Assembly: GCA_019115065.1 (NCBI GenBank)
Contig: DXEH01000014.1
Location: 10,683 to 74,682 of the forward strand
Source: Candidatus Akkermansia intestinavium
GTDB taxonomy: Bacteria > Verrucomicrobiota > Verrucomicrobiia > Verrucomicrobiales > Akkermansiaceae
DNA: 64,000 nt
Direction of reading: 5' to 3'
Positions within the stretch are counted from its first letter, which is position 1. Each line of letters opens with the position of its first letter. Below are positions 35,581 to 43,081 of the stretch, piece after piece. The notes beneath the pieces were generated by a model, which searched no databases, had not been told where the DNA came from, and saw nothing but the letters and a program-made list of their open reading frames with translations. The position numbers were made by a program, and so were the translations under genes.

Positions 35581-37623
35581 TTAGGGGTTGAAGAAGGTTG
35601 AATCATAGGAATCAGGCAGGCCCATCCCCTCGGGCTCAGGCAGGGGAACATACTTCGTTAGCCGCTGCCTTGCAGACCGTTTGCTCGGGGCTTGCAGAGT
35701 CTCGGCATCGGCGAGGCCAAGCGGGTCGAAGGGCTCGCCGTCGATGATGCGCTTGTTGTAGTCACGTCGGGTTTGCATGGCGGCGGTGTCGGGGGCTGCG
35801 AGGAGCTCAGCGCCGGCGAGCTGCTGGGCGCGCAAGTGCTGGACGCGGCCGAACTCGCGGAGGCGGGCGGCCTCATCGGTGTGAGAGAAGCGGTGGCGGA
35901 TCGGCGCCTCGCCGAGGACGCGGTCGCGGTCGTCGAGGATGAAGAGGTTGCAGTTGAAGGGGTTCAGAACACCAAAGTAGGTGCCGCCGGCGGGCAGAAT
36001 ACGCTCGTTGCCGCGGGCGTCGGTGACGCAGGCGTCAAAGATGAGCTGCTCATGGTGCCGGCTGCTGTCTTTGATCTTGAAGGCGCCGCCGCGCATGGTG
36101 AGGGGGAACTTGCGGTGCGCACCCATGAGGGTGACACATTCAGCGGCACTGAGGCGGATGAGTTTGTTGGCGGGGTCGCGCAGGCTGAGTTCCCAGGCTT
36201 CCTGCGGGCTGAGTCGGCGCGTCCGGAGCAGCGCCGGATTCCCCAAGGCCATGGCTTTGGCCAAAGCAGCGGCCTGAGGGTCGAGCGAGTCGAGGGGCGC
36301 CCAGCCGTCGCGGCCCGTCAGTGAGAACTCGGCGCGGGTGAATCCGCACGCCTCCCATCCTTCCAGCTCGTGGTCAGTGCGGTTGTTGATCTGGCCGACG
36401 AGGCGCACGAGGTCGTCGGCGAGCTCGCGGAGGCTGGGGGCGTAGGGCATGAGAGCCAAGGCTCGCTCGGCGGGGAGTTGCTGCGCCTGTCGTATTAGCG
36501 ACTCACTCTCCTTGCGCAGACCCCAGAGAGCCTCCGGCTCAGTGCGATCTTTGCCCGTCTGGGAGGCGTAGCCGTCCATGTAGTTGTGGAGGAGCGAATG
36601 CCACACCTCAAGCGAAGCCTTAAAGCGTGGGTTGCCCACAGCTCGGCCGGGGAAGGCTCCGGCCTGCCGGACGCCCTGCATGCCGGAGCGGTCCACGCGC
36701 ACGAGACCGTTAGTGAGCAAGGCGAGCTGATCCTCCACCGCCTCAGAGATAGCGGCGGTGCCGTGCTCCACCACCAGCACTGTGCCTCGAGGAGAGTAGC
36801 CCACGTTGTGCAGGAAGTCGCAGAGGAGGAAGAGCATCTCATCCGCATTGAGCTGCACGCTCGAGCCATCCTCACGCTTGGTGCGTATCTTGGTGCCCCA
36901 GCAAAGGCGGCGGCCGGTATAATAGTCGAGACAACCCAGTTGCAGAGGACGGCCGAGCTGCATCTTTCCGTCCTCGCCGTAGCCTACGGCCAGCACGTCC
37001 AGCCACACGTCATCAAACATCACATGCGAGCACGGCCAGCAGCCGGCGCGGGTTGCGAACACCTGAGGCAAATCGGCCGAGGCAGCGCGAACGCCCTGGG
37101 TAACGATGGAGAGAGCCTTGCGATTCGGCATGAGTCGCAGCAGGTTGTCCATGCTCCAGCCGGACGGCAAGGGCATGTCCGGCTCGTAGTTGAGACCCTC
37201 GTAGCCGGGGATGGTCTGGCAGGTGCTCCACTCCTCATAGAGCTCCCTCACGGCGCCGGCCAACCCGCGCTTGTGGCGGGTGGCCAGCAGAGCGAGGTGC
37301 GCGCGAAAGGCCTTGTTTGCCGTGCGAGCCTTCCGGCGGTTGGCGGTGCTGCTGCGGCCATCCAGCAAAGACTGCCAGCGGCAGCCTGCCGCCTTGTAGC
37401 GGTAGTATAGCCGGGTGAGCGTCTTGGCACTCACTGCCCGCCCGGCCGGCCCTTTCAGCCCGCGCAGGCGTGCGGTGAGATCGACAGCGGCCTGCTCAAA
37501 ATGCTTGGTGGGGTAGGTCTGCTCGAGCAGCCACTTGCAGGTGCGCTCAATGAGGCGCACCCGCGTGGCGTCGTCGGGCGTCAGCTCGTCAAGCATCAGA
37601 TCTGTCGGGCCGTCATGCGTCAT
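35581..37623 (-). CDS. MuA-like DDE transposase
   Basis: 680 aa. Size and position upstream of the MuB-like gene fit MuA. RNase-H-like core blocks are HVMFDDVWLDV, VLVVEHGTAA and PRFKASLEVWHSLL. Confidence 0.75.
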   Translation of the reverse strand: MTHDGPTDLMLDELTPDDATRVRLIERTCKWLLEQTYPTKHFEQAAVDLTARLRGLKGPAGRAVSAKTLTRLYYRYKAAGCRWQSLLDGRSSTANRRKARTANKAFRAHLALLATRHKRGLAGAVRELYEEWSTCQTIPGYEGLNYEPDMPLPSGWSMDNLLRLMPNRKALSIVTQGVRAASADLPQVFATRAGCWPCSHVMFDDVWLDVLAVGYGEDGKMQLGRPLQLGCLDYYTGRRLCWGTKIRTKREDGSSVQLNADEMLFLLCDFLHNVGYSPRGTVLVVEHGTAAISEAVEDQLALLTNGLVRVDRSGMQGVRQAGAFPGRAVGNPRFKASLEVWHSLLHNYMDGYASQTGKDRTEPEALWGLRKESESLIRQAQQLPAERALALMPYAPSLRELADDLVRLVGQINNRTDHELEGWEACGFTRAEFSLTGRDGWAPLDSLDPQAAALAKAMALGNPALLRTRRLSPQEAWELSLRDPANKLIRLSAAECVTLMGAHRKFPLTMRGGAFKIKDSSRHHEQLIFDACVTDARGNERILPAGGTYFGVLNPFNCNLFILDDRDRVLGEAPIRHRFSHTDEAARLREFGRVQHLRAQQLAGAELLAAPDTAAMQTRRDYNKRIIDGEPFDPLGLADAETLQAPSKRSARQRLTKYVPLPEPEGMGLPDSYDSTFFNP

Positions 37624-38447
37624 TGCCGGTTGGGATTGATACCGGGGAGATCCGGTTGTGTTTTCATGGCACGCAGACGGCGCGCGGCGTCCTCAAGCTT
37701 GGATGCCTGAGCCTCGCGGTCTGCCGACGTGGTGTAACGGCTGAATTCTTCAACAAAGGTATCCAAGCTGCACCAGAGCCCGCCGAAGTCAGAGACGATC
37801 TTGGCTCGCTGCTCCTCCCAGGAGGCAAAGGGCGTGGGGGCATCGACGGTGTCGTCGAGCACCTCGCTGAGCGTCGGCGCCGCGGGCTTTGCCGGAGCAA
37901 GCTCGAGGTAGGCTTGGCGGAGGGAATCGGCTGTGAGGTAGGGAGTCCAGAGGGCGGAGGAGGATTCGTTCGGGTCATCGTAAGCGCCGGAGAGGAGGTT
38001 GGCAGCATGCTCGCGCAACACCTGCACGCACTCGGCAGGGGTCATCCCCCCCTGCTGCTGCATGCGATCCTCTACGCCCTCCAAGACTTTGATGTAGGTG
38101 CGGGAGGTTTTGTACGTGAATGGCAGCAGGGTGCCGCCTGCCAATTCCATGGCGCGGGCTTGGTCTTCTGGTTTGCATTTATTCCCCTTGTAGAGGGCGA
38201 CAGCGGGGATGCCGTTGAGTCTGGCCTGTTGTTGCAGATCGCGCAGCAGGCAAGCGAGGTTGAGGGTAGCCAACAGGTGCACGCGGGCGGCCTCGCGGGC
38301 GGTATGCTCGGCATTGGTCATAATGCCGTGGTACATGCGGCAGAAGTGGAGGGTGTGGACGAGTTCGGCGCTTTGGCCGGTTCCGGCGGTGAGGGCCTCG
38401 GGCCGTGCAAGGCCCGGCCCGAGGCTCAGGGTTGTGTTTGTAGTCAT
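37620..38447 (-). CDS. Hypothetical phage early protein
   Basis: 275 aa. Its stop overlaps the transposase start (ATGA). Confidence 0.5.
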   Translation of the reverse strand: MTTNTTLSLGPGLARPEALTAGTGQSAELVHTLHFCRMYHGIMTNAEHTAREAARVHLLATLNLACLLRDLQQQARLNGIPAVALYKGNKCKPEDQARAMELAGGTLLPFTYKTSRTYIKVLEGVEDRMQQQGGMTPAECVQVLREHAANLLSGAYDDPNESSSALWTPYLTADSLRQAYLELAPAKPAAPTLSEVLDDTVDAPTPFASWEEQRAKIVSDFGGLWCSLDTFVEEFSRYTTSADREAQASKLEDAARRLRAMKTQPDLPGINPNRQ

Positions 38448-38503
38448 CGGTTTAGAGTTGGGTCGGCTTAGAGAAGCTTGTGTGAGTGGTGGATGGTGTC
38501 ATG

Positions 38504-38686
38504 TTAATTTTCGGGAGGAAGTTCAACGTCGTAAGGTTCCCATGTGGGGAAGTCCGGGCAAAACCCTGAGTAAGGGTATTCCGGGGCGTCCCAGCGATCT
38601 ATGATGTCTGCGATCACAAAGGCGGCCGCGAGCGCCAGAAAGGGGGACACCAGGAGGGCGAGGATCAATTTCTCAATGAAGCTCAT
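38504..38686 (-). CDS. Small single-pass membrane protein
   Basis: The internal start gives MSFIEKLILALLVSPFLALAAAFVIADII... (60 aa), with one hydrophobic helix. Confidence 0.4.
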   Translation of the reverse strand: MSFIEKLILALLVSPFLALAAAFVIADIIDRWDAPEYPYSGFCPDFPTWEPYDVELPPEN

Positions 38687-38924
38687 GGTGGTTGTGAAGG
38701 GCGTGGCGAAGTTTTCTGATGGCCTGTTGGTAAACTTGATATACACGCTGCCGACTCACGCCGGCAACGGCGGCAAGCAGCTCAAATCTCTCCGGCTCGC
38801 GCGAGCTGCGCGGCGGCAGGCCGGCGCGGGCGCGGAATTCATCACAGCCCAGCAGCGTGAGCGCGATGGCTTGCTCGCGCTCGGGTGTGAGATGGGTGTC
38901 ACGGTCTGTGGAGGTGCGAGCCAT
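38673..38924 (-). CDS. Small HTH protein, sigma-70 region-4-like
   Basis: 83 aa. The segment FELLAAVAGVSRQRVYQVYQQAIRKLRHAL resembles a region-4/LuxR-type HTH. Confidence 0.45.
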   Translation of the reverse strand: MARTSTDRDTHLTPEREQAIALTLLGCDEFRARAGLPPRSSREPERFELLAAVAGVSRQRVYQVYQQAIRKLRHALHNHHELH

Positions 38925-38933
38925 GTCTGGAAA

Positions 38934-39437
38934 TCAGAAGGGGATGTCGTCTGCGTTTTCGTACGGCATGGTTGCCTGAGATGCGGGAGCGGCGTAACCC
39001 AGCTCCGCGGGGGCGCTGCCGCCCTGCCCCGGGTTGTGTGCGAGGGCTTGGCGTCGGTTGTCGGCAGAGGCCAAGGGAGCGGTCGCAGCCGGGGCGGCGG
39101 GTTGCAGGGTGATGGTATCGAGGTAGAACTCCGGCGTGTACCAGAGCTCACCCCGCGCGTCCTGGCGGCGGCGCATGTACACACGCCCCGTTGCTTGTAC
39201 GCTGTCACCGTGTCGCACGCTCTGGGCGTATTGCAGGGGCGCGCCCTGCTTGACACGCAGGGTGATGGGCGCGGGTTCATCGGCCCCGCGTGAGCGTGTC
39301 GCGGTGCACCATGCGCCGGGCTGCATGATGGTGATGTTCATTTCCCAGACGGGCAGAGTTTTTCCGCTGAGCGTGCGCACCTGCTCGGGCAGCCGACTGA
39401 CCGTGCCTAAGATGACGAAGTAAGCAATGGTGTTCAT
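38934..39437 (-). CDS. ssb: Single-stranded DNA-binding protein
   Basis: The internal start MNTIAYFVILGTVSRLPE... gives an OB-fold-like N-terminal half, a Gly/Pro/Ala-rich linker and the canonical acidic tail ...ENADDIPF. Confidence 0.75.
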   Translation of the reverse strand: MNTIAYFVILGTVSRLPEQVRTLSGKTLPVWEMNITIMQPGAWCTATRSRGADEPAPITLRVKQGAPLQYAQSVRHGDSVQATGRVYMRRRQDARGELWYTPEFYLDTITLQPAAPAATAPLASADNRRQALAHNPGQGGSAPAELGYAAPASQATMPYENADDIPF

Positions 39438-39706
39438 GGCTTGGCTTGGAGTTGTGCCTGTGTTTCGGGGCGAGCCCAGAACCAGCCGTCCCGCGTGGAT
39501 CTTGGGCAGCATGGCAGGTAGCCTGTGAGGCTGTAGTAGTCGGCGGCGATGATGGCGTGCAGCTGCATGGATGCCGGGTAGGTGCGGAGGTGAACGGTGC
39601 GTCCGGCTAGGGTTCCTCGCACCGTGAAGGAGCCGCTCTTCATCCGGGTGACAGATGCGCAAAGTTTTCGGTCGGGTCGGGTTGCGTAGATGATTTGCTG
39701 TTTCAT
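39434..39706 (-). CDS. Hypothetical phage early protein
   Basis: A 90-aa ORF whose stop overlaps the ssb start. It is on the same strand as the early operon. Confidence 0.4.
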   Translation of the reverse strand: MKQQIIYATRPDRKLCASVTRMKSGSFTVRGTLAGRTVHLRTYPASMQLHAIIAADYYSLTGYLPCCPRSTRDGWFWARPETQAQLQAKP

Positions 39707-39718
39707 GGTTGAGGTGGA

Positions 39719-39922
39719 TTAGAGGTTGATCTTTTCGCGGGAACAGAACGGGCGAACTGTTAACGATTGCAGTTCATTCAGCGTTTTGCAACTTACTCTT
39801 TTTCCCCGCACCACGTAGAACACGTGCGTTTTCGATTTGCCGATCGCTCGAGCCGCAGCACTGATCGTGTAGCCTTTATCCAGCAAATCTTTCTCGATCT
39901 GGGTTTTATCTTGAGTTTTCAT
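39719..39922 (-). CDS. Ner/Cro-like small HTH regulator (first gene of the early operon)
   Basis: 67 aa with the HTH YTISAAARAIGKSKTHVFYVVRG. It is divergent from the repressor gene. Confidence 0.5.
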   Translation of the reverse strand: MKTQDKTQIEKDLLDKGYTISAAARAIGKSKTHVFYVVRGKRVSCKTLNELQSLTVRPFCSREKINL

Positions 39923-39965
39923 GGCCTTGTGGTATACTGTCTGGGTAATCTTTTCTGTCTATCTC

Positions 39966-39977
39966 GTTCCTAGGAAC
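39966..39977. promoter_or_regulatory. Operator-like perfect palindrome GTTCCTAGGAAC
   Basis: A 12-bp perfect palindrome in the divergent Ner/repressor control region. It sits at the predicted start site of the leftward promoter. Confidence 0.55.
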
Positions 39978-39981
39978 AAGG

Positions 39982-40012
39982 TGATATTATCAGTTCTGTT
40001 TATCTTCTGCAA
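39982..40012. promoter_or_regulatory. Overlapping divergent promoters (early leftward Pe; repressor rightward Pc)
   Basis: On the minus strand, TTGCAG (40012-40007) is followed by a 17-nt spacer and TAATAT (39989-39984). On the plus strand there is an extended -10, TGaTATTAT (39982-39990). The two -10 elements share the near-palindrome TGATATTATCA. Confidence 0.45.
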
Positions 40013-40019
40013 GAAAAAA

Positions 40020-40358
40020 ATGCCCACATCTGTAGATTTTTCAAAAAACTTCACCGCCTGCCTTAAACAGTCCTGTTTATCTCAGCTCGAACTCTCAGCA
40101 ATGACCGGTATACACAAGCAGTCGATCAACAGATATGCGACAGGAAAAACAACACCGAACTGGCAGGAACTCCTGAAAATCGCCGAGGCGATGAAATGCT
40201 CTCTTGAATCCTTTCGGGAAGGCAGATTGATCCCCGTCAGCACAAGAGAAGTCGCAGTCACAAATCCTGAGGATGTTTCAAAACTAGAACAGATGAAACC
40301 GATCATTAAGGAGCTCGGATCGGTCGTCAACAAGCTCGCTTCCTTTATCTCTGAATAG
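40020..40358 (+). CDS. XRE-family HTH repressor (Mu c analogue)
   Basis: The internal ATG at 40020 gives 112 aa. The HTH_3 motif is LSQLELSAMTGIHKQSINRYATGKTTPNWQELLKIAEAM. The gene is divergent from the early operon and has about 40% GC by hand count. Confidence 0.7.
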   Translation: MPTSVDFSKNFTACLKQSCLSQLELSAMTGIHKQSINRYATGKTTPNWQELLKIAEAMKCSLESFREGRLIPVSTREVAVTNPEDVSKLEQMKPIIKELGSVVNKLASFISE

Positions 40359-40359
40359 T

Positions 40360-40407
40360 GTTCCGCGGAACTTTGTTGAAATGTGTTTCAATAAAGTTCC
40401 TCGGAAC
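40360..40407. promoter_or_regulatory. Two further operator-like palindromes, GTTCCGCGGAAC and GTTCCTCGGAAC, flanking a TTGAAAtgtgTTTCAA inverted repeat
   Basis: Perfect 12-bp palindromes at 40360-40371 and 40396-40407 have the same half-sites as 39966-39977. They lie immediately 3' of the repressor stop and 5' of the RHH gene. Confidence 0.55.
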
Positions 40408-40444
40408 AGCTCCAGAAGTTGAACAAGAAAGATACAACACAACG

Positions 40445-40690
40445 ATGAAAAAGAAAGTATCAGGAAACGCCCGCATCACCATTCCCGCGGAACTCAAGAC
40501 CAAGCTGGCCATCGTAGCAGAAAAGAAAGGCATGTTCGTTGACGAAATGGCAGCCTACATCATCGAGGGCTACTTGAGCGATCTGAAGTTTATCGAACAG
40601 TATTCCACGAAGGAAGAAGAAAGCGACGATCCATTGGGCTTGCCAACCAGTTACCCTCCTTCATTCTTCTCGCCCTTTCATGACAGGTGA
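40445..40690 (+). CDS. Ribbon-helix-helix (Arc/CopG-like) protein
   Basis: The internal ATG gives 81 aa. ARITIPAELKTKLAIVAEKKGMFVDEMAAYIIEGYL fits the beta-alpha-alpha RHH pattern. The gene lies in low-GC DNA. Confidence 0.55.
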   Translation: MKKKVSGNARITIPAELKTKLAIVAEKKGMFVDEMAAYIIEGYLSDLKFIEQYSTKEEESDDPLGLPTSYPPSFFSPFHDR

Positions 40691-40786
40691 CCTGAGGCTA
40701 ACGAAAAAGCACTACAGCACAACGAGATTTTCAAAAAGAGGAAGACGAATTCAATTTACCTTCTGTTCAGAAGTAATGTTAGTACA

Positions 40787-41194
40787 ATGAACGCTTACAG
40801 GTACACCGTTATAGAGAACAAGGTAGATCCTCCAGAGCCTTCGCTCTTTCAAACATGCAAAGAGGCATGGGAAGGTGCGTTAGATGGTGAACTTGTATTC
40901 CGTGACGGCGAGTTGGTCACAGATCCAAAGAAGATAGAGTGTTATCAATTAGACATCCAAGACCTCAAGGAAGCGCTGAAGTACGCGATAAAAGACGAAG
41001 TGGGTTTCCGCCGAAGGGTTCGATCTTTCGTGAAAGCATATATGAAAGAGTCCCCTTTGAACGAAAGGTTAAACATTTCCCCGGCGCTTGTCGATTACAT
41101 TCAAAGGTTGGCTCACGCAAATAGCATGACCGAGGAGGACTTGCTCAAACGGATAATTCAAATAGCTTTCTACTGGAGAAGAGCTCGGGATTGA
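40787..41194 (+). CDS. Hypothetical protein with C-terminal RHH-like segment
   Basis: 135 aa. The C-terminus ERLNISPALVDYIQRLAHANSMTEEDLLKRIIQIAF fits the RHH pattern. A hand count gives about 45% GC. An intrinsic terminator follows. Confidence 0.5.
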   Translation: MNAYRYTVIENKVDPPEPSLFQTCKEAWEGALDGELVFRDGELVTDPKKIECYQLDIQDLKEALKYAIKDEVGFRRRVRSFVKAYMKESPLNERLNISPALVDYIQRLAHANSMTEEDLLKRIIQIAFYWRRARD

Positions 41195-41248
41195 CTAAAA
41201 CACAGGTGACGCCTTGGCTGTGATGTCGAGATCTCACGTGAGTTTTTC

Positions 41249-41275
41249 AGCCCCGGTTTTCCGGGGCTTTTTTTT
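41249..41275 (+). terminator. Rho-independent terminator
   Basis: AGCCCCGG / CCGGGGCT form the stem with a TTTT loop, followed by T8. Confidence 0.7.
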
Positions 41276-41302
41276 GTGCCCCGGTGATGGACGGTGCGGG
41301 CC

Positions 41303-41605
41303 TCAGAAGAGCGCGCCCTGGATGAGGGCTTGCTGGGTGGGGGCGGCGGCCGCGCGGGCGGTGGTGATGAGGGTGGACTGAAGGGCCGCGAGGCTGACTT
41401 CGTCGATGAGGATGCGGCGGCCTTTCCTGCCGCGGGGGCGCCAGGCAATGAGTTCTCCGGCGGCAATCATGCGCCGGATGGTCGCCGGCGAGTAACGCAG
41501 GGCGGCTGCGGCTTCTGCGACGGTGATGCCGCGCGGGGCTTTGAGAGTGCTGGGAGGGTCGACGGGCATGGAGTGATTGTAGCATAGTTGCTCGTTGCTT
41601 GTCAT
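41303..41605 (-). CDS. Excisionase-family (MerR-like) HTH DNA-binding protein
   Basis: ITVAEAAAALRYSPATIRRMIAAGELIAWRP..RRILIDEVSL matches the HTH_17 pattern. An alternative start is at 41569 (MPVDPP). The gene is divergent from the late operon. Confidence 0.65.
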   Translation of the reverse strand: MTSNEQLCYNHSMPVDPPSTLKAPRGITVAEAAAALRYSPATIRRMIAAGELIAWRPRGRKGRRILIDEVSLAALQSTLITTARAAAAPTQQALIQGALF

Positions 41606-41637
41606 AGCGTGGCAGCGTTTTATTTGTCATTCATCAT

Positions 41638-41672
41638 CGCTCATTTACGCTCATAGCGCTCATAACGCTCAT
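41638..41672. promoter_or_regulatory. Four direct CGCTCAT heptamers at 10/9/9-bp spacing
   Basis: CGCTCAT occurs at 41638, 41648, 41657 and 41666. The array lies in the divergent region between the excisionase-like gene and the late/lysis operon. Confidence 0.5.
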
Positions 41673-41729
41673 TGGCAGCCACAGTGCCGACGTGCGCGCC
41701 GTGAAGCTGCTAGGATGGGCTCATCAAGC

Positions 41730-41802
41730 GCGTGTGTGGCGAAAGTCGGTATCGCGCCCGGCATCCGGCCGGGAGAAGCAGGTTCGAGTCCTGCCGCACG
41801 CT
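41730..41802 (+). tRNA. tRNA-like cloverleaf (anticodon position UCC = Gly) with atypical A33
   Basis: Hand fold: acceptor GCGTGTG/CGCACGC (7 bp, one G-U), U8, and D-arm GCGA/TCGC with A14, G18, G19 and A21. The anticodon stem is CCCGG/CCGGG with loop CAUCCGG. The variable loop is 4 nt. The T-arm GCAGG-TTCGAGT-CCTGC has the canonical T54 T55 C56 R57 A58 and G53-C61. No CCA is encoded. Confidence 0.5.
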
Positions 41803-41818
41803 TCACGGATCTGAGCTT

Positions 41819-42412
41819 ATGGGCAATCACATCATCATTGACATCGGCCACGCACGCGGTACGGGCGCGCGTGGGAATGGGCTGGAGGAGCATGAGCGCT
41901 GCGTGCTCCTTGCAGAGGCGTTGGAGACGGCTCTGCTCAAGCGCGGTTTTGGCGTGACGGTCGTGGATTTTCCGGACCTTTCCAACAGTGCCGACCTGAC
42001 GGCGGCCGTGGCGGCCGCGAATGCGCAGGGCTGCGATTTCGGTATTTCGCTGCACATGGATTCGGCTTCCAGGATTACAGGCTATCGACGCGTGACGTGT
42101 GAGGACGGGGAGACTCGCGAAACAGCGATTTATGAGCCGAATCCGGTGCCGCACGGGGCGCATTGCTGCTATTACTCGACGACCGGCGAGGCGATGGGGC
42201 GCAAGATTGCATCCCGATTGTGCGCTCTGCTGCCGGGGCGTGCGGAGCCGGTGGTGAGGCGCACGGATTTGTACGTGCTCAAGAAAACGGTGGCGCCGTG
42301 GGTGCTCTGCGAGTGCGGGTTTATCACGAACCCCGAAGATGCGGCGATGGCGCCTCAGCGCGTGGCCGAGGCGATTGCCGAGGGTGTGGCTGACTATTTC
42401 GCACAAGCATGA
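41819..42412 (+). CDS. N-acetylmuramoyl-L-alanine amidase (Amidase_3) endolysin
   Basis: The internal ATG at 41819 gives MGNHIIIDIGHARGTGARGNGLEEHE...GISLHMDS...VLCECGFITNPEDA, typical of Amidase_3. Confidence 0.85.
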   Translation: MGNHIIIDIGHARGTGARGNGLEEHERCVLLAEALETALLKRGFGVTVVDFPDLSNSADLTAAVAAANAQGCDFGISLHMDSASRITGYRRVTCEDGETRETAIYEPNPVPHGAHCCYYSTTGEAMGRKIASRLCALLPGRAEPVVRRTDLYVLKKTVAPWVLCECGFITNPEDAAMAPQRVAEAIAEGVADYFAQA

Positions 42413-42822
42413 AATCCCTGATCCTTGCTCTCCTGATGGGCGCAATGCCACTTGCCTGTGCCGATGAGGCGGGCGCGCCGGCGGACCCGATGCAGGAACC
42501 CAGCGGGCTGACCTGGTTTCAGGTGGCGGCGCTGCTGGCTGCTTTGGGTGGCGGCGGCGCGCTGGGTTGGCAGGGCTGCAAGAAGATGCAAGCGATGCGT
42601 ATCGAGCCGCAGCCGCTGGAGGTGCGCAGCGTGAGAGACCCGGCGACGCGTGCAGAGCTGGATGACTTCAAGAATGAGGTACGCGAGGACTTTAGGCGCG
42701 TGCACGCCCGGATCGACAAGAACGATCAGGTGACGGCTGAGATTCGCGGGCAGCTCGTTGTGATTGCCAACACTCAACAGAGGATTCTGAACCTTTTACT
42801 TAAGCAACAGCATGATGCGTGA
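42409..42822 (+). CDS. Lysis-cassette membrane protein (lipobox + TM + coiled coil; spanin/holin-like)
   Basis: It starts MKSLILALLMGAMPLAC, has the hydrophobic helix WFQVAALLAALGGGGALGW and a coiled-coil C-terminus. The start overlaps the amidase stop (ATGA). Confidence 0.4.
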   Translation: MKSLILALLMGAMPLACADEAGAPADPMQEPSGLTWFQVAALLAALGGGGALGWQGCKKMQAMRIEPQPLEVRSVRDPATRAELDDFKNEVREDFRRVHARIDKNDQVTAEIRGQLVVIANTQQRILNLLLKQQHDA

Positions 42823-43078
42823 CAAGGAACGCGAGCGCCGCATTCGCGCGGCGATTCTGGAGGAGCTGACCAACACTCCGCGAGGGTATATGCAGACGCA
42901 GCGCAGCCTGTTGGCCAGCGTGGGTCTCAGTCTGGTTCCGCCGCCTTCGGAGGTGGAGTATGATGAGGCGCTGGCCCGATTGGAGGCAGACTGCTTCATA
43001 CACTGCGAGATTAGCGCTCTGGGCGAGAAGCGCTGGTGCGTGACGTCTTTGGGACGAGCTGCTTTCAATGACCGCTGA
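42812..43078 (+). CDS. Hypothetical phage protein
   Basis: An 88-aa ORF on the same strand, overlapping the previous gene by 11 nt. Confidence 0.4.
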   Translation: MMRDKERERRIRAAILEELTNTPRGYMQTQRSLLASVGLSLVPPPSEVEYDEALARLEADCFIHCEISALGEKRWCVTSLGRAAFNDR

Positions 43079-43081
43079 ACG

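Noticed and set aside
41638-41672. Possible CRISPR array or other spaced-repeat locus (this also applies to 19057-19211).
   Set aside because: The repeats are only 7-8 bp with 2-8-bp gaps, which is far too short for CRISPR repeats and spacers. No cas genes are nearby. They are treated as regulatory or low-complexity repeats instead.
41732-41818. The GTG-initiated N-terminal extension of the amidase ORF.
   Set aside because: It is fully occupied by the tRNA-like cloverleaf. The Amidase_3 domain begins right at the ATG at 41819 (MGNHIIIDIGHARG).
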